A model generated the notes under the pieces. It was not told the origin of the DNA, did no database searches, and saw only the letters and a list, made by a program, of their open reading frames with translations. The position numbers and the translations under genes are program-made. Shown here piece by piece: positions 8,979-17,999 of a DNA stretch of 64,000 bases (positions within the stretch are counted from its first letter, which is position 1; the number at the start of each line of letters is the position of its first letter). Source of the DNA: Myxococcota bacterium (GTDB lineage: Bacteria; Myxococcota_A; UBA9160; JAFDDA01); NCBI GenBank assembly GCA_965228475.1, contig OZ245817.1, positions 2,656,001-2,720,000 of the forward strand, in the 5' to 3' direction.

Positions 8979-10970
8979 ATGACGACATCCGCCTGGCAGC
9001 CGGTCCCCCTTTCCGGCCGGCACCGCCCGTCGGTCTACCCGACGCCGGTCTCGTACTTCGCCGAACGCGTGCGGCGCCAGCAGTTCTTCGCCTTCGCGCG
9101 GGCGGGACGCTCCTTCTGGGATGCCTGGCTTCGCCTGCCCAAGGGAACCGCCGCTTCGCTGAGCCCGCACGGCGAGCTGCTGCACGATCTGATCGCGCAG
9201 CTCTCCCTCGCATCGGAAGCCGACCCGAACCGCTTCGTCGCCACCAGCCATCTCCCCTACCCCGAAGCCGATCGCCACCGCGCCGAAGAGCGCGGCGACG
9301 CCGCGGTCCTCACGGCCATCGAGGAGACCCTGCCTCGCGGGTTCGTCGCCCAGGACGCCCAGCTCTGGATGCGGGGAACGATCGACGGCAGCATCCGTGC
9401 GCTCTACGAGGCCCTGCGCCCCTGGAACGTCGTGGCCGTGGGCCCCGAGTGGCTGATCGAGGTCGGCGGACGCCTCAAGCTCCCGCGCTTCGGGCTCACC
9501 CCGGTCTCCGCGAAGACCGACGTGGCCGAACGCGAAGCCCTGGCCGCCCGCATCGAGCGCGAGCACGCCTCCTTCCATGGCGCGCCGGTCGCGTACCTGT
9601 TCCACGCGGGGCTGCTCTCGCCGTGGCTCACCCTCGAGCTCCACGGCCGCCTGCGAAACGCCTTCCTGATCGATCTCGGATCCGCGCTCGACGTCTGCGA
9701 CCCGGCGCGCGCGCAGCAGGCGCCCTGGGGGCGGCTGCACTGGAACCACATCGCGCAGCACCTCGGCTTCGAAGAGCTCACCGCGCGGCACGGCCGCACG
9801 CTCGTCCGCCCTCGGACCATCACGGCCCGCACGGCGCCGGCGCCCGCTCGCACGAAACGGTCGGCCGCCAAGCCCGCCGTCGATCGACGGGGCCCGGTCG
9901 CCTTCGTCGAGAAGAAGGCCGTCGACTTCGGGTTCGTCGAAGGCGCGCTCGGCGCTTCGAAGGAACGCAACCACTGGACGAACTTCGGGCCCGCCTCCGA
10001 GCGCCTCGAAGAGGAGCTCGGCCGGATGCTCGGCCTGCCCTCGTCGCGCCGCGCGGTCGTCTGCGCTTCCGGGACCGCCGCCCTCTTCGGACTCGCGGCG
10101 CTCGCCCAGTATCGGGCCGGCCGGCCCCTCCGGTGGGTCACCTCCGCTTTCGGGTTCCATCCCGCCCGGCAGGGTCCGTTCTCGGAAGCCCGCCTCGTCG
10201 ATTGCGACGCGCGGGCCATGCTCGATCTACGCGCCCTCGAGCGCCTCCCGGAGGACGCCTGGGACGCCGTCCTCGTGACGAACACCTTCGGAGCCCTCGA
10301 AGACCCGGCGCCCTACCAGCGGCTGTGCCGCGAGCGCGGCAAGGTGCTGCTCCTCGACTCGGCCCTCGGCCTCGATGCGCACTACCGCAAGCAGCGGTAC
10401 CCGACCGACGAGATTGTGAGCTTCCATCACACGAAGCCCTGGGGCATGGGCGAAGGCGGTTGCGCCATCGTCGACGCCGCCGACGCCGACGTCCTGCGCT
10501 CGATCTTCAACTTCGGCACCTACCGCGGCCATGCCACGGGCGCCCTCTCGTTCAACGGCAAGATCTCGGACTTCGCCTGCGCCTTCATCCAGCAGCGGCT
10601 GCGGGACTTCGAAGCGCTCTCGCCGCGCTACCACCTCCAGCACGCGCGGATCGCCACGATCGCGCGGCGCCTCGGCTACGAGGTGCTCGGCGGCATCGAT
10701 CGCCGGCGCCAGGCGACGCCCGCCCACGTCCCGCTCCTCGCCCCCCACCCGGTGGGGGAGAAACCGCTCGAGAATCGCTGCGTAACCCTTCGGAAGTACT
10801 ACGAACCTCTCGAGCGCGGACATGCCACGGCCGACGACCTCTACGCGCGCATCGTGAACGTCCCGTGCCACCCGGGGCTCGAAGCGCTCAGCGAAGGGGC
10901 GCTGCGCGATTGCCTGGCGGCGCTGCTCTCGGAGTCACGCCCGGGCCGGCGCTCCTCTTCGTCCGGCTGA
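8979..10970 (+). CDS. DegT/DnrJ/EryC1/StrS PLP aminotransferase fused to an N-terminal possible GT-D-fold domain
   Basis: C-terminal half: WTNFGP, SGTAAL, SFHHTKPWGMGEGG (PLP Lys). The N-terminal ~270 aa end in YLFHAG...FLIDLGSALD and are followed by a Pro/Arg/Ala linker. Confidence 0.75.
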   Translation: MTTSAWQPVPLSGRHRPSVYPTPVSYFAERVRRQQFFAFARAGRSFWDAWLRLPKGTAASLSPHGELLHDLIAQLSLASEADPNRFVATSHLPYPEADRHRAEERGDAAVLTAIEETLPRGFVAQDAQLWMRGTIDGSIRALYEALRPWNVVAVGPEWLIEVGGRLKLPRFGLTPVSAKTDVAEREALAARIEREHASFHGAPVAYLFHAGLLSPWLTLELHGRLRNAFLIDLGSALDVCDPARAQQAPWGRLHWNHIAQHLGFEELTARHGRTLVRPRTITARTAPAPARTKRSAAKPAVDRRGPVAFVEKKAVDFGFVEGALGASKERNHWTNFGPASERLEEELGRMLGLPSSRRAVVCASGTAALFGLAALAQYRAGRPLRWVTSAFGFHPARQGPFSEARLVDCDARAMLDLRALERLPEDAWDAVLVTNTFGALEDPAPYQRLCRERGKVLLLDSALGLDAHYRKQRYPTDEIVSFHHTKPWGMGEGGCAIVDAADADVLRSIFNFGTYRGHATGALSFNGKISDFACAFIQQRLRDFEALSPRYHLQHARIATIARRLGYEVLGGIDRRRQATPAHVPLLAPHPVGEKPLENRCVTLRKYYEPLERGHATADDLYARIVNVPCHPGLEALSEGALRDCLAALLSESRPGRRSSSSG

Positions 10971-10997
10971 ACGCGCGCGGTCGAGGCCCCTCGCGGG

Positions 10998-11828
10998 TTA
11001 GCCGCCGCCGCCGAGCACGTCCCCGCAGATACGGCAGAAGCGTGCATCGCCGTCGTGACCGTCGGCGCCGCAGCTCGGACACGTGCGATGGCGCCGCGCG
11101 GAGTAGGCCATCTCCGCAGACACGATCCCCGTCGGCACGGCGATGATGCTGTAGCCGATCAACATGACGGCGCCGGCCAGGATCTGGCCGAGCGTCGTCT
11201 CGGGCGCGATGTCCCCGTACCCGACCGTCGTCATGGTCACGATCGCCCAGTAGAAGGCGCGCGGGATGCTGGTGAAGCCGTGCTCGGGCCCCTCGATCAG
11301 ATACATCAGCGTGGCCACGATCGTGACGAGCACGAGCACCGTCCCGAGGAAGACGGTGATCTTGTAGCCGCTCGAGCGCAGGGACGTGACGAGCACGTTG
11401 GCCTCACCGAGGTAGCGGGAGAGCTTCAGGACCCGGAACACGCGGAGCAGGCGCAGGGCGCGGATCACGAGGAGCGACTGCGTCCCCGGCAGGAAGAGGC
11501 TCAGGTAGGTCGGCAGGACCGAGAGCAGGTCGACCACGCCGAAGAAGCTGCGCGCATAGTTGAGGCGGCTGCGCGCGACCCAGAGACGCAGGCCGTACTC
11601 GATCGTGAACACGCCCGTGAACATCCACTCGAGCGCCACGAGCAGCGGCCCGTGCTCCTCACGGATCCACTGGACGGTCTCGAGCATCACGAGCAGGACG
11701 CTCGAGAGGATCAGGAAGAGCAGCGCCACGTCGAAGGCGCGGCCCGAGCGGGTCTCGTAGCCGAAGATCACCCGCCCGATGTACTCGCGGCGGCTCTCCT
11801 CGCGCTCTTCCGGCTCCTCGCTGGCCAT
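10998..11828 (-). CDS. Voltage-gated-type potassium channel (ion transporter) with C-terminal zinc ribbon
   Basis: S4 IRALRLLRVFRVLKL, selectivity filter TTVGYGD, C-terminal CPSC...CRIC. Confidence 0.93.
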   Translation of the reverse strand: MASEEPEEREESRREYIGRVIFGYETRSGRAFDVALLFLILSSVLLVMLETVQWIREEHGPLLVALEWMFTGVFTIEYGLRLWVARSRLNYARSFFGVVDLLSVLPTYLSLFLPGTQSLLVIRALRLLRVFRVLKLSRYLGEANVLVTSLRSSGYKITVFLGTVLVLVTIVATLMYLIEGPEHGFTSIPRAFYWAIVTMTTVGYGDIAPETTLGQILAGAVMLIGYSIIAVPTGIVSAEMAYSARRHRTCPSCGADGHDGDARFCRICGDVLGGGG

Positions 11829-11836
11829 GGCCCGAT

Positions 11837-11884
11837 CCTAGGGAATCAAGAGCACGCGGCCCTAGGGAATCAAGAGCACGCGGC
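11837..11884. repeat. Perfect 24-bp tandem duplication covering the stop codon of the oxidoreductase gene
   Basis: cctagggaatcaagagcacgcggc at 11837-11860 and 11861-11884. Confidence 0.95.
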
Positions 11885-12831
11885 CGAAGGCTTTCCGGCT
11901 CTCGATGTAGCGGTGCGCCTCGGCGGCCTCGGAGAGCGGGAGCTTTCGATCGATCACGATCTCGAGGGCTCCGCTCGCGACGTCGGCGATGTGGCGGGCC
12001 ACCATGGGATGCACGCGCTCGGGGTGGGTCATGAGCTCCGCGCCGAAGAAGATGCCGACCAGCGTCTTGTTGGTCGGACGCAGGAGGGTCACGTCCGGGC
12101 GGTGCTCGTCGCGCGCGGCCCCGCCGACGGTCGTGATCCGTCCCCGGTAGCCGGCAGCCTCGATGCTCTTCTCGAGGATCTCGCCGCCCAGGGAATCGAC
12201 GACCAGATCGACGCCGCGGCCGCCGGTGATCTCGCGCACGGCATCGACGAAATCGACCTCGCGGTAGTTGATGCCGTGATCGAGGCCGAGGCCCTTCAGG
12301 CGCCCGAGCTTCTCGTCGCTCGAAGCGGTGGCGAGGACGGTCGCACCGGCCCGCTTCGCGAGCTGGATCGCCCGCCATCCCGACGCCGCCCGCCCCGGCC
12401 TGGACGAGCACCGTCTCGCCGGCCTGGAGGCGCCCGAACTCGAACAGACAATCGTCGGCGGTGCCGACCGGGATCGGCACGCAGGCCGCCGCTTCGAGGT
12501 CGACGTCCTCTCCGACCACCCAGGTCGAACCCGCCGGTACGGCCCGGAGCGCCGCGTGGGAGCCGTGAAGGTTGATGCAGACGACGCGCTGCCCGGGTTC
12601 GCGGTCGGTCACGCCCTCGCCGACCTCGCGCACGATCCCGGCGCACTGGTAGCCGACGATGTGCGGCTTCGCGGCCATCAGCCCGCCCGCGCGGTTCAGG
12701 ACGTCGCCGCCTTCGATGCTGATCGCCTTCACCTCGATCAGCACGCCGCCGGGCGGACACACCGGATCCGGAACGTCCTCGTAGCGGAACACGTCCGGCG
12801 CGCCGGTCTCGTAGTAGACTGCTGCCTTCAT
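11862..12831 (-). pseudogene. MDR-family (quinone oxidoreductase-like) gene with a +1 frameshift, either a true pseudogene or a sequencing error
   Basis: The N-terminal half (MKAAVY...QAGAGGVGMA) and C-terminal half (...AIQLAKRAGA...RKAFGRVLLIP) are in different frames. Removing one base from ccc at 12371-12373 restores GMAAIQLAKRAGATV. Confidence 0.85.
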
Positions 12832-12881
12832 GGCGCGCAGGGTATCAGAGCCCGAGCGCCACTCGCCCGCATGGAGAGCCC

Positions 12882-13586
12882 GTGATCGACCTCTACTACT
12901 GGCCCACCCCGAACGGCTGGAAGGCCTCGATCGCCCTCGAGGAGATGGAGTTCCCCTACCGCGTCGTGCCCGTGAACATCGGCCGCGGCGAGCAGTTCGC
13001 TCCCGAGTTCCTGGCGATCAGCCCGAACAACCGCATGCCGGCGATCGTCGACCACGAACCGGGCGACGGCGGGGAGCCCCTGGCCGTCTTCGAGTCCGGC
13101 GCGATCCTCGTCTACCTGGCCGAGAAGTCGGGCCGCTTCCTTCCCGCGGACGTGCGCGGCCGGAGTGACGTCCTGCAGTGGGTGATGTGGCAGATGGGCG
13201 GCCTCGGCCCGATGCTCGGCCAGCACGGCCACTTCAAGCTCTACGCGCCCGAGAAGGTCCCGTACGCCATCGAGCGCTATCGCAACGAAGCCGAGCGGCT
13301 CTACGGCGTGCTCGACCGCCGCCTCGCCGGACGCGAGTTCATCTGCGACGAGTACAGCATCGCCGACATGATGAGCTGGCCCTGGGTGATCACCTACAAG
13401 AGCCAGGGTCTCGACCTCGACGCCTTCCCGAACGTGCGGCGCTGGTACGACGCCCTGAAGCAGCGCCCGGCCCTGCGCCGCGGCTACGACGTCGGCAAGG
13501 ACACCCGCGGGCCGACCTTCGAGGGTGGACCCGACGAGGAAGCCCGCAAGCACCTGTTCCGGAAGACGCCCGGGCGCGAGAGCTAG
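12882..13586 (+). CDS. Glutathione S-transferase, YfcG/YghU (Nu-class)-like
   Basis: YYWPTPNGWK, ISPNNRMPAI, FESGAIL, WQMGGLGPMLGQ, YSIADM. Confidence 0.92.
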   Translation: MIDLYYWPTPNGWKASIALEEMEFPYRVVPVNIGRGEQFAPEFLAISPNNRMPAIVDHEPGDGGEPLAVFESGAILVYLAEKSGRFLPADVRGRSDVLQWVMWQMGGLGPMLGQHGHFKLYAPEKVPYAIERYRNEAERLYGVLDRRLAGREFICDEYSIADMMSWPWVITYKSQGLDLDAFPNVRRWYDALKQRPALRRGYDVGKDTRGPTFEGGPDEEARKHLFRKTPGRES

Positions 13587-14557
13587 AGACCTTCGAGGAA
13601 CTCGAGCAGGGCCTGGTTCGTGCCCTCGGGGTTTTCCTGCTGGTTCCAGTGGCCGGCGCCCTCGACCATCACGGTGCCGCGCAGGTCGGGGACGAAACTC
13701 GGCATCGCGGCGAGCATGGGGTTGCCCGGGCCGCCCGGCGGGCCGGTCACCACGAGGTCCTTGGCGCCGCCGACGAAGAGCGCCGGGATCTCGACCTTGC
13801 CGCCGAGCCAGGCGCCCATCAGCTCCCAGTTGCGGTCGAGGTTCCGGTAGTAGTTCAGGCCCCCGCGGAACCCGGTTCGCTCGAAGGCTTCGACGTAGAC
13901 GTCGAGATCCGCCTCGGGGAGCCAGCCGGGGAACTTCTCCGGGTCGATCATCGGATCCAGGAAGCCCGAGCTCTTCGGCAGGTTCATGTCGAAGACGTGA
14001 TCCTCCGGGAGCGACCCCGAGGCGGTGTAGTAGATCTTGCGCAGCGCCATACGGACGTCGGCCTCGAACTCCGCTTCGGCCTTGCCGGGCTCCTGGAAGT
14101 AGAGGATGTAGACGAAGCGGTCGCCGGCCATGGCCTTCATCATCTGTGTCGGCGGAAGCGGCATGCGCGGGACGAACGGAACGCTCATGCCGCAGACGCC
14201 GCGGAAGCGGGCCGGCCGGATCTGGGCCGCGCCCCAGGCGATGATCGAACCCCAGTCATGGCCGACGACGACCGCCTGCTCTTCCCGGTAGTGGTCGACG
14301 AGGCCGACCAGATCGCCCACGAGGTGGAAGATCGTGTAGGCATCGATCGCTTCGGGCAGGGCGCTCTTGCCGTAGCCACGCATGTCGGGCGCCACCGCGC
14401 GGTAGCCCGCGTCCGCCAGCGCCACGAGCTGGTGCCGCCAGGAGTGCGCGAGCTCGGGCCAGCCGTGCACGAGCAGGACGAGCGGCCCCTCCCCCGCCTC
14501 GAGCACGTTCAACGAAATCCCGTTGGTGGTGACGGTCTTCTCCTGGATCTCGGACAT
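13583..14557 (-). CDS. Alpha/beta-fold epoxide hydrolase (EphA-like)
   Basis: HGWPE oxyanion motif, GHDWG Asp nucleophile, lid Tyr in YILYFQ and LNYYRN, catalytic His in GAGHWNQQE. Confidence 0.92.
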   Translation of the reverse strand: MSEIQEKTVTTNGISLNVLEAGEGPLVLLVHGWPELAHSWRHQLVALADAGYRAVAPDMRGYGKSALPEAIDAYTIFHLVGDLVGLVDHYREEQAVVVGHDWGSIIAWGAAQIRPARFRGVCGMSVPFVPRMPLPPTQMMKAMAGDRFVYILYFQEPGKAEAEFEADVRMALRKIYYTASGSLPEDHVFDMNLPKSSGFLDPMIDPEKFPGWLPEADLDVYVEAFERTGFRGGLNYYRNLDRNWELMGAWLGGKVEIPALFVGGAKDLVVTGPPGGPGNPMLAAMPSFVPDLRGTVMVEGAGHWNQQENPEGTNQALLEFLEGL

Positions 14558-14579
14558 GGGGCCTCCGGGGCGCTGGAAG

Positions 14580-14593
14580 TAGACTCCAGTCTA
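14580..14593. promoter_or_regulatory. Candidate TetR operator (TAGACT-cc-AGTCTA) in the divergent promoter
   Basis: Inverted repeat with 6-bp arms inside an AT-rich patch between the divergent epoxide hydrolase and TetR genes. Confidence 0.6.
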
Positions 14594-14631
14594 GTCTTAG
14601 ATTAAGCTCCAGGCACCCCTTGGGAGGAGCC

Positions 14632-15312
14632 GTGGGAGCCACCGAACCCACCCAAACGGCCGAGCTGGCCCTCGAACCCGGGTCCGAGCGCGAACCCGAG
14701 CCGACCCGCCGCGAGCGGAAGAAGGCCCGGACGCGGCAGGAGATCTACCGGGCGGCCATGGCGCTCTTCGAGCACCGGGGCTTCGACGCCGTCACCGTGG
14801 AGGCCATCTGTGAGGCGGCGGACGTCGCGCGCGGCACCTTCTTCGCCCACTTCCCGACGAAGGCCGCCCTGCTCTACGAGTTCAGCAACCAGGTCGCGGC
14901 AGACTACGAGGCCAGCCGGGCCGAGGAGCCCGCGAGCGCCCGCGAGGAGCTCTCGAGCCTCGTCGACCTCATGATCGGGCGGCTCGTCGCCCACGCGGGC
15001 GTCACGAGCGCAATGGTCCGCGAGTTCTTCGCGAACCCCCAGGCCATCGCCGTTGCCCACGCCCACGGCCGCGACTTCCCGGACCTGATCGAGACCATCG
15101 TGCGCCGCGGCCAGGCCCGCGGCGAATTCCGCCGCAGCGTCGACCCGCGCCTGGCCGCAGCCGTGCTGCTCTCGACGGCGGGCGCGATCCTCTCCGGCAA
15201 CGTCTTCCCCGAGGGCGAGCTCTCGGTGGACGAGATCCGCAACCAGTTCTTCGACGTGGTCTTCGGCGGCCTGCTCGCCGCCGGGCCCACGAACCCAGGA
15301 GCCCCGAAATGA
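14632..15312 (+). CDS. TetR/AcrR family transcriptional regulator
   Basis: RRERKKARTRQEI..GFDAVTVEAICEAADVARGTFFAHFPTK HTH. Start uncertain (TTG 14620 or GTG 14632). Confidence 0.93.
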   Translation: MGATEPTQTAELALEPGSEREPEPTRRERKKARTRQEIYRAAMALFEHRGFDAVTVEAICEAADVARGTFFAHFPTKAALLYEFSNQVAADYEASRAEEPASAREELSSLVDLMIGRLVAHAGVTSAMVREFFANPQAIAVAHAHGRDFPDLIETIVRRGQARGEFRRSVDPRLAAAVLLSTAGAILSGNVFPEGELSVDEIRNQFFDVVFGGLLAAGPTNPGAPK

Positions 15313-16505
15313 CCGAGCCCAGGACCGAGACCGAACGCCGCCTTCGCTTCGGCACGTTCATCGCGCCCTTCCACCCGCCCCACGAGAATCCGTACCTCGC
15401 CTACCGGCGGGATCTCGAGCTGGTCGAGCATCTCGACCGGCTGGGCTTCGAGGAGGCCTGGATCGGCGAGCATCACTCGGCGGGCTACGAGCTGATCGCC
15501 TCGCCGGAACTCTTCATCGCGGCGGCCGCCGAGCGCACGCGCGACATCCGGCTCGGCACGGGGGTCGTCTCCCTCCCCTACCACCACCCCCTGATGGTCG
15601 CGGACCGCATCAACCAGCTCGACCACATGACCCGCGGCCGGGTGATGTTCGGAGTCGGACCCGGCGCCCTGCCCTCGGACGCGTTCATGATGGGCATCGA
15701 CGTCCAGACCCAGCGCGACCGCATGGACGAGGCGATCGGCGTCCTCGTCCCGCTGCTCTCGGGCGAGACCGTGACCCACGAAGCCGACTGGTTCACCCTG
15801 CGCGACGCGCGGCTCCAGCTGCGCCCGTTCACCGAGCCGCACATCGAGATCGCCGTGGCCTCCCAGGTCTCGCCGGCGGGGGCCCGCGCGGCCGGCAAGC
15901 ACGGACTCTCGCTCCTCTCCATCGGCGCCACCACGACCGGCGGCTTCAACGCCCTGGCAACGAACTACGAGATCTACCAGGGCAAGGCCGACGAGTTCGG
16001 CAAGGCCATCGACCGGCGCAACTGGCGGCTGGTCGGGCCGATGCACATCGCGGAGACCCGCGAGCAGGCGCGCGAGGACGTGCGCTTCGGCCTGCAGGAC
16101 TGGCTCCGCTACTTCCAGGAGGTGGCCGCCCTGCCGCTCGCCCCGGCCGGCGGCGTCGACGATGCCGTCGACGCCCTGAACGAGTCGGGCTTCGCGGTGA
16201 TCGGAGATCCGGACGACGCCGCGGCGCAGCTCGAGAAGTGCTGGGAACAGAGCGGCGGCTTCGGCGCGTTCCTCTTCCTCGCGCACAACTGGGCGAACTT
16301 CGAGAAGACCCAAGCTAGCTACGAGCTGTTCGCCCGCTACGTTGCACCGCAGTTCCAGGGTCTGTGCGAGCCGCGCCGCGCGAGCATGGATTGGGCGGTG
16401 AAGAACCGGCCCGCCTTCATCGGGGCGATGACCCAGGCCATCGGCTCCGAGATGCAGAAGCACAACCAGGAACAGGCGGCCAAGAACGCCAAGAAGTCGT
16501 CCTAG
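15309..16505 (+). CDS. LLM-class flavin-dependent monooxygenase (limonene 1,2-monooxygenase-like)
   Basis: RFGTFIAPFH, EAWIGEHHS, IRLGTGVVSLPYHHP, GVGPGALPSDA. ATGA-coupled to tetR. Confidence 0.88.
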   Translation: MTEPRTETERRLRFGTFIAPFHPPHENPYLAYRRDLELVEHLDRLGFEEAWIGEHHSAGYELIASPELFIAAAAERTRDIRLGTGVVSLPYHHPLMVADRINQLDHMTRGRVMFGVGPGALPSDAFMMGIDVQTQRDRMDEAIGVLVPLLSGETVTHEADWFTLRDARLQLRPFTEPHIEIAVASQVSPAGARAAGKHGLSLLSIGATTTGGFNALATNYEIYQGKADEFGKAIDRRNWRLVGPMHIAETREQAREDVRFGLQDWLRYFQEVAALPLAPAGGVDDAVDALNESGFAVIGDPDDAAAQLEKCWEQSGGFGAFLFLAHNWANFEKTQASYELFARYVAPQFQGLCEPRRASMDWAVKNRPAFIGAMTQAIGSEMQKHNQEQAAKNAKKSS

Positions 16506-16514
16506 GAGCGTCCG

Positions 16515-17999
16515 GTGAGCGAATCGAAACACGTCGTGGTGATCGGCGGCTCCGTCGCGGGGCTCGGTGCGGGCCTCGCCCTCACCGCCGACGGGCACCG
16601 CGTGACCATCCTCGAAGGGGATGCGGCGCCCATGCCGGAGAGCCACGTCGAGGCCTTCGAACAGTGGGAGCGGCGCGGCTCGCCCCAGACGCGCCATAGC
16701 CACGCCCTGCTGGCCCGCCTGCGGAACCTGATCCGGGACAACGCCCCCGACCTGCTCGAGAAGCTCCTCGCCTGCGGCGCCGACGAGCTGCGGCTCACGG
16801 ACATGATCGCGCAGCTCATGCCGGATGCCGCGCTGGAACCCGCGGACGAGGACGTCACCCTGCTCGCCTGCCGGCGCATCACCTTCGAATGGGTCCTGCG
16901 GCGCCACGTACTCGACACGGGGCGCCTCGACTTCCGCGACGGCGCGAGCGTGCTCGGCCTGACCTCCGAGCCCGGCGAACCGCCGCGCATCACGGGCGTG
17001 CGCTTCCACGACGCCGCGGGCGAGCACGAGCTCCCCGCGGACCTCGTGGTCGACGCGAGCGGGCGGCGCTCGAAGCTCCGCCGCTGGCTCGAGGCGGCCG
17101 GGACGCCGCCCGTCCGCGAAGAGTCCGAGCCCTGCGGGATCTTCTACACCTCACGCTTCTACAAGCTGCGGGACGGCGTCGAACCGCCGGTGATGGACGG
17201 CCCGATCGTCGGCGAAGACCTCGGCTACCTGAAGATCGGGCTCTTCCCCGGCGACGCGCGCATCTTCTCCGTGACCCTGGCCGCTTCGCCGGACGACGAT
17301 GCCCTGCGCGCCGTCCTGCACCGGCCGGCCTTCGAGGCCGCCGCCGCGAGCCTGCCGCGCGTGGCCGACTGGGTCTCGCCGGAGATCTCGGAGCCGATCT
17401 CCGACGTCCACGCCATGGCGAACCTCAACAACACGCGGCGCTTCCTCGTCGAGGACGGCAAGCCACTCTGCCATGGACTCGTCGCGATCGGGGATGCCCT
17501 CATCCACACGAACCCGATCACGGGACGGGGCTGCAGCCTGGCCTGGGTGGGCGCCTTCGAGCTCGCGGCAGCGCTGCGTGCCCACGGCGACGACCCGGAA
17601 GCCCTCGTCCTGGCCCAGGACGAAGCCATCGAGCGTGAAGTCGTGCCCTGGTACCGGATGCAGGTGCAGCAGGATCGCGATGCCGTCGAGGTCAACCAGG
17701 CCCAGCGGCGCGGCGAGAACCCCTTCGAGATGGTCCGTCCCGACGGCACGAACAACCCGCGCGCCTTCATGCGGTCCGTTCTGCGGGACGGCCTGCTCCC
17801 TGCCATCCGCACCGACGTCCACGTCCTGCGCCGCTTCATGCGCATCATGAACCTGCTCGATGCACCGGAAGACCTGATGAAGGACCCGATGTTCTTCGGC
17901 CGCGTGGTCGCCTGCTACAACGCGCGCGACGAGCGGGAACCGATGGACCTCGGACCCGGGCGCCAGGAGATGGTCGAGCGCCTCGTGCGCGCCGCCTAG
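16515..17999 (+). CDS. FAD-dependent oxidoreductase
   Basis: VVVIGGSVAGL Rossmann motif, DLVVDASGR, IGDALIHTNPITGRGCS. Confidence 0.85.
   Translation: MSESKHVVVIGGSVAGLGAGLALTADGHRVTILEGDAAPMPESHVEAFEQWERRGSPQTRHSHALLARLRNLIRDNAPDLLEKLLACGADELRLTDMIAQLMPDAALEPADEDVTLLACRRITFEWVLRRHVLDTGRLDFRDGASVLGLTSEPGEPPRITGVRFHDAAGEHELPADLVVDASGRRSKLRRWLEAAGTPPVREESEPCGIFYTSRFYKLRDGVEPPVMDGPIVGEDLGYLKIGLFPGDARIFSVTLAASPDDDALRAVLHRPAFEAAAASLPRVADWVSPEISEPISDVHAMANLNNTRRFLVEDGKPLCHGLVAIGDALIHTNPITGRGCSLAWVGAFELAAALRAHGDDPEALVLAQDEAIEREVVPWYRMQVQQDRDAVEVNQAQRRGENPFEMVRPDGTNNPRAFMRSVLRDGLLPAIRTDVHVLRRFMRIMNLLDAPEDLMKDPMFFGRVVACYNARDEREPMDLGPGRQEMVERLVRAA

Noticed and set aside
11659..12831. 390-aa ORF as an intact oxidoreductase, or a programmed frameshift
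   Set aside because: The sequence after GMAG is out-of-frame nonsense and there is no slippery site or stimulatory structure. A simple 1-bp indel explains it.
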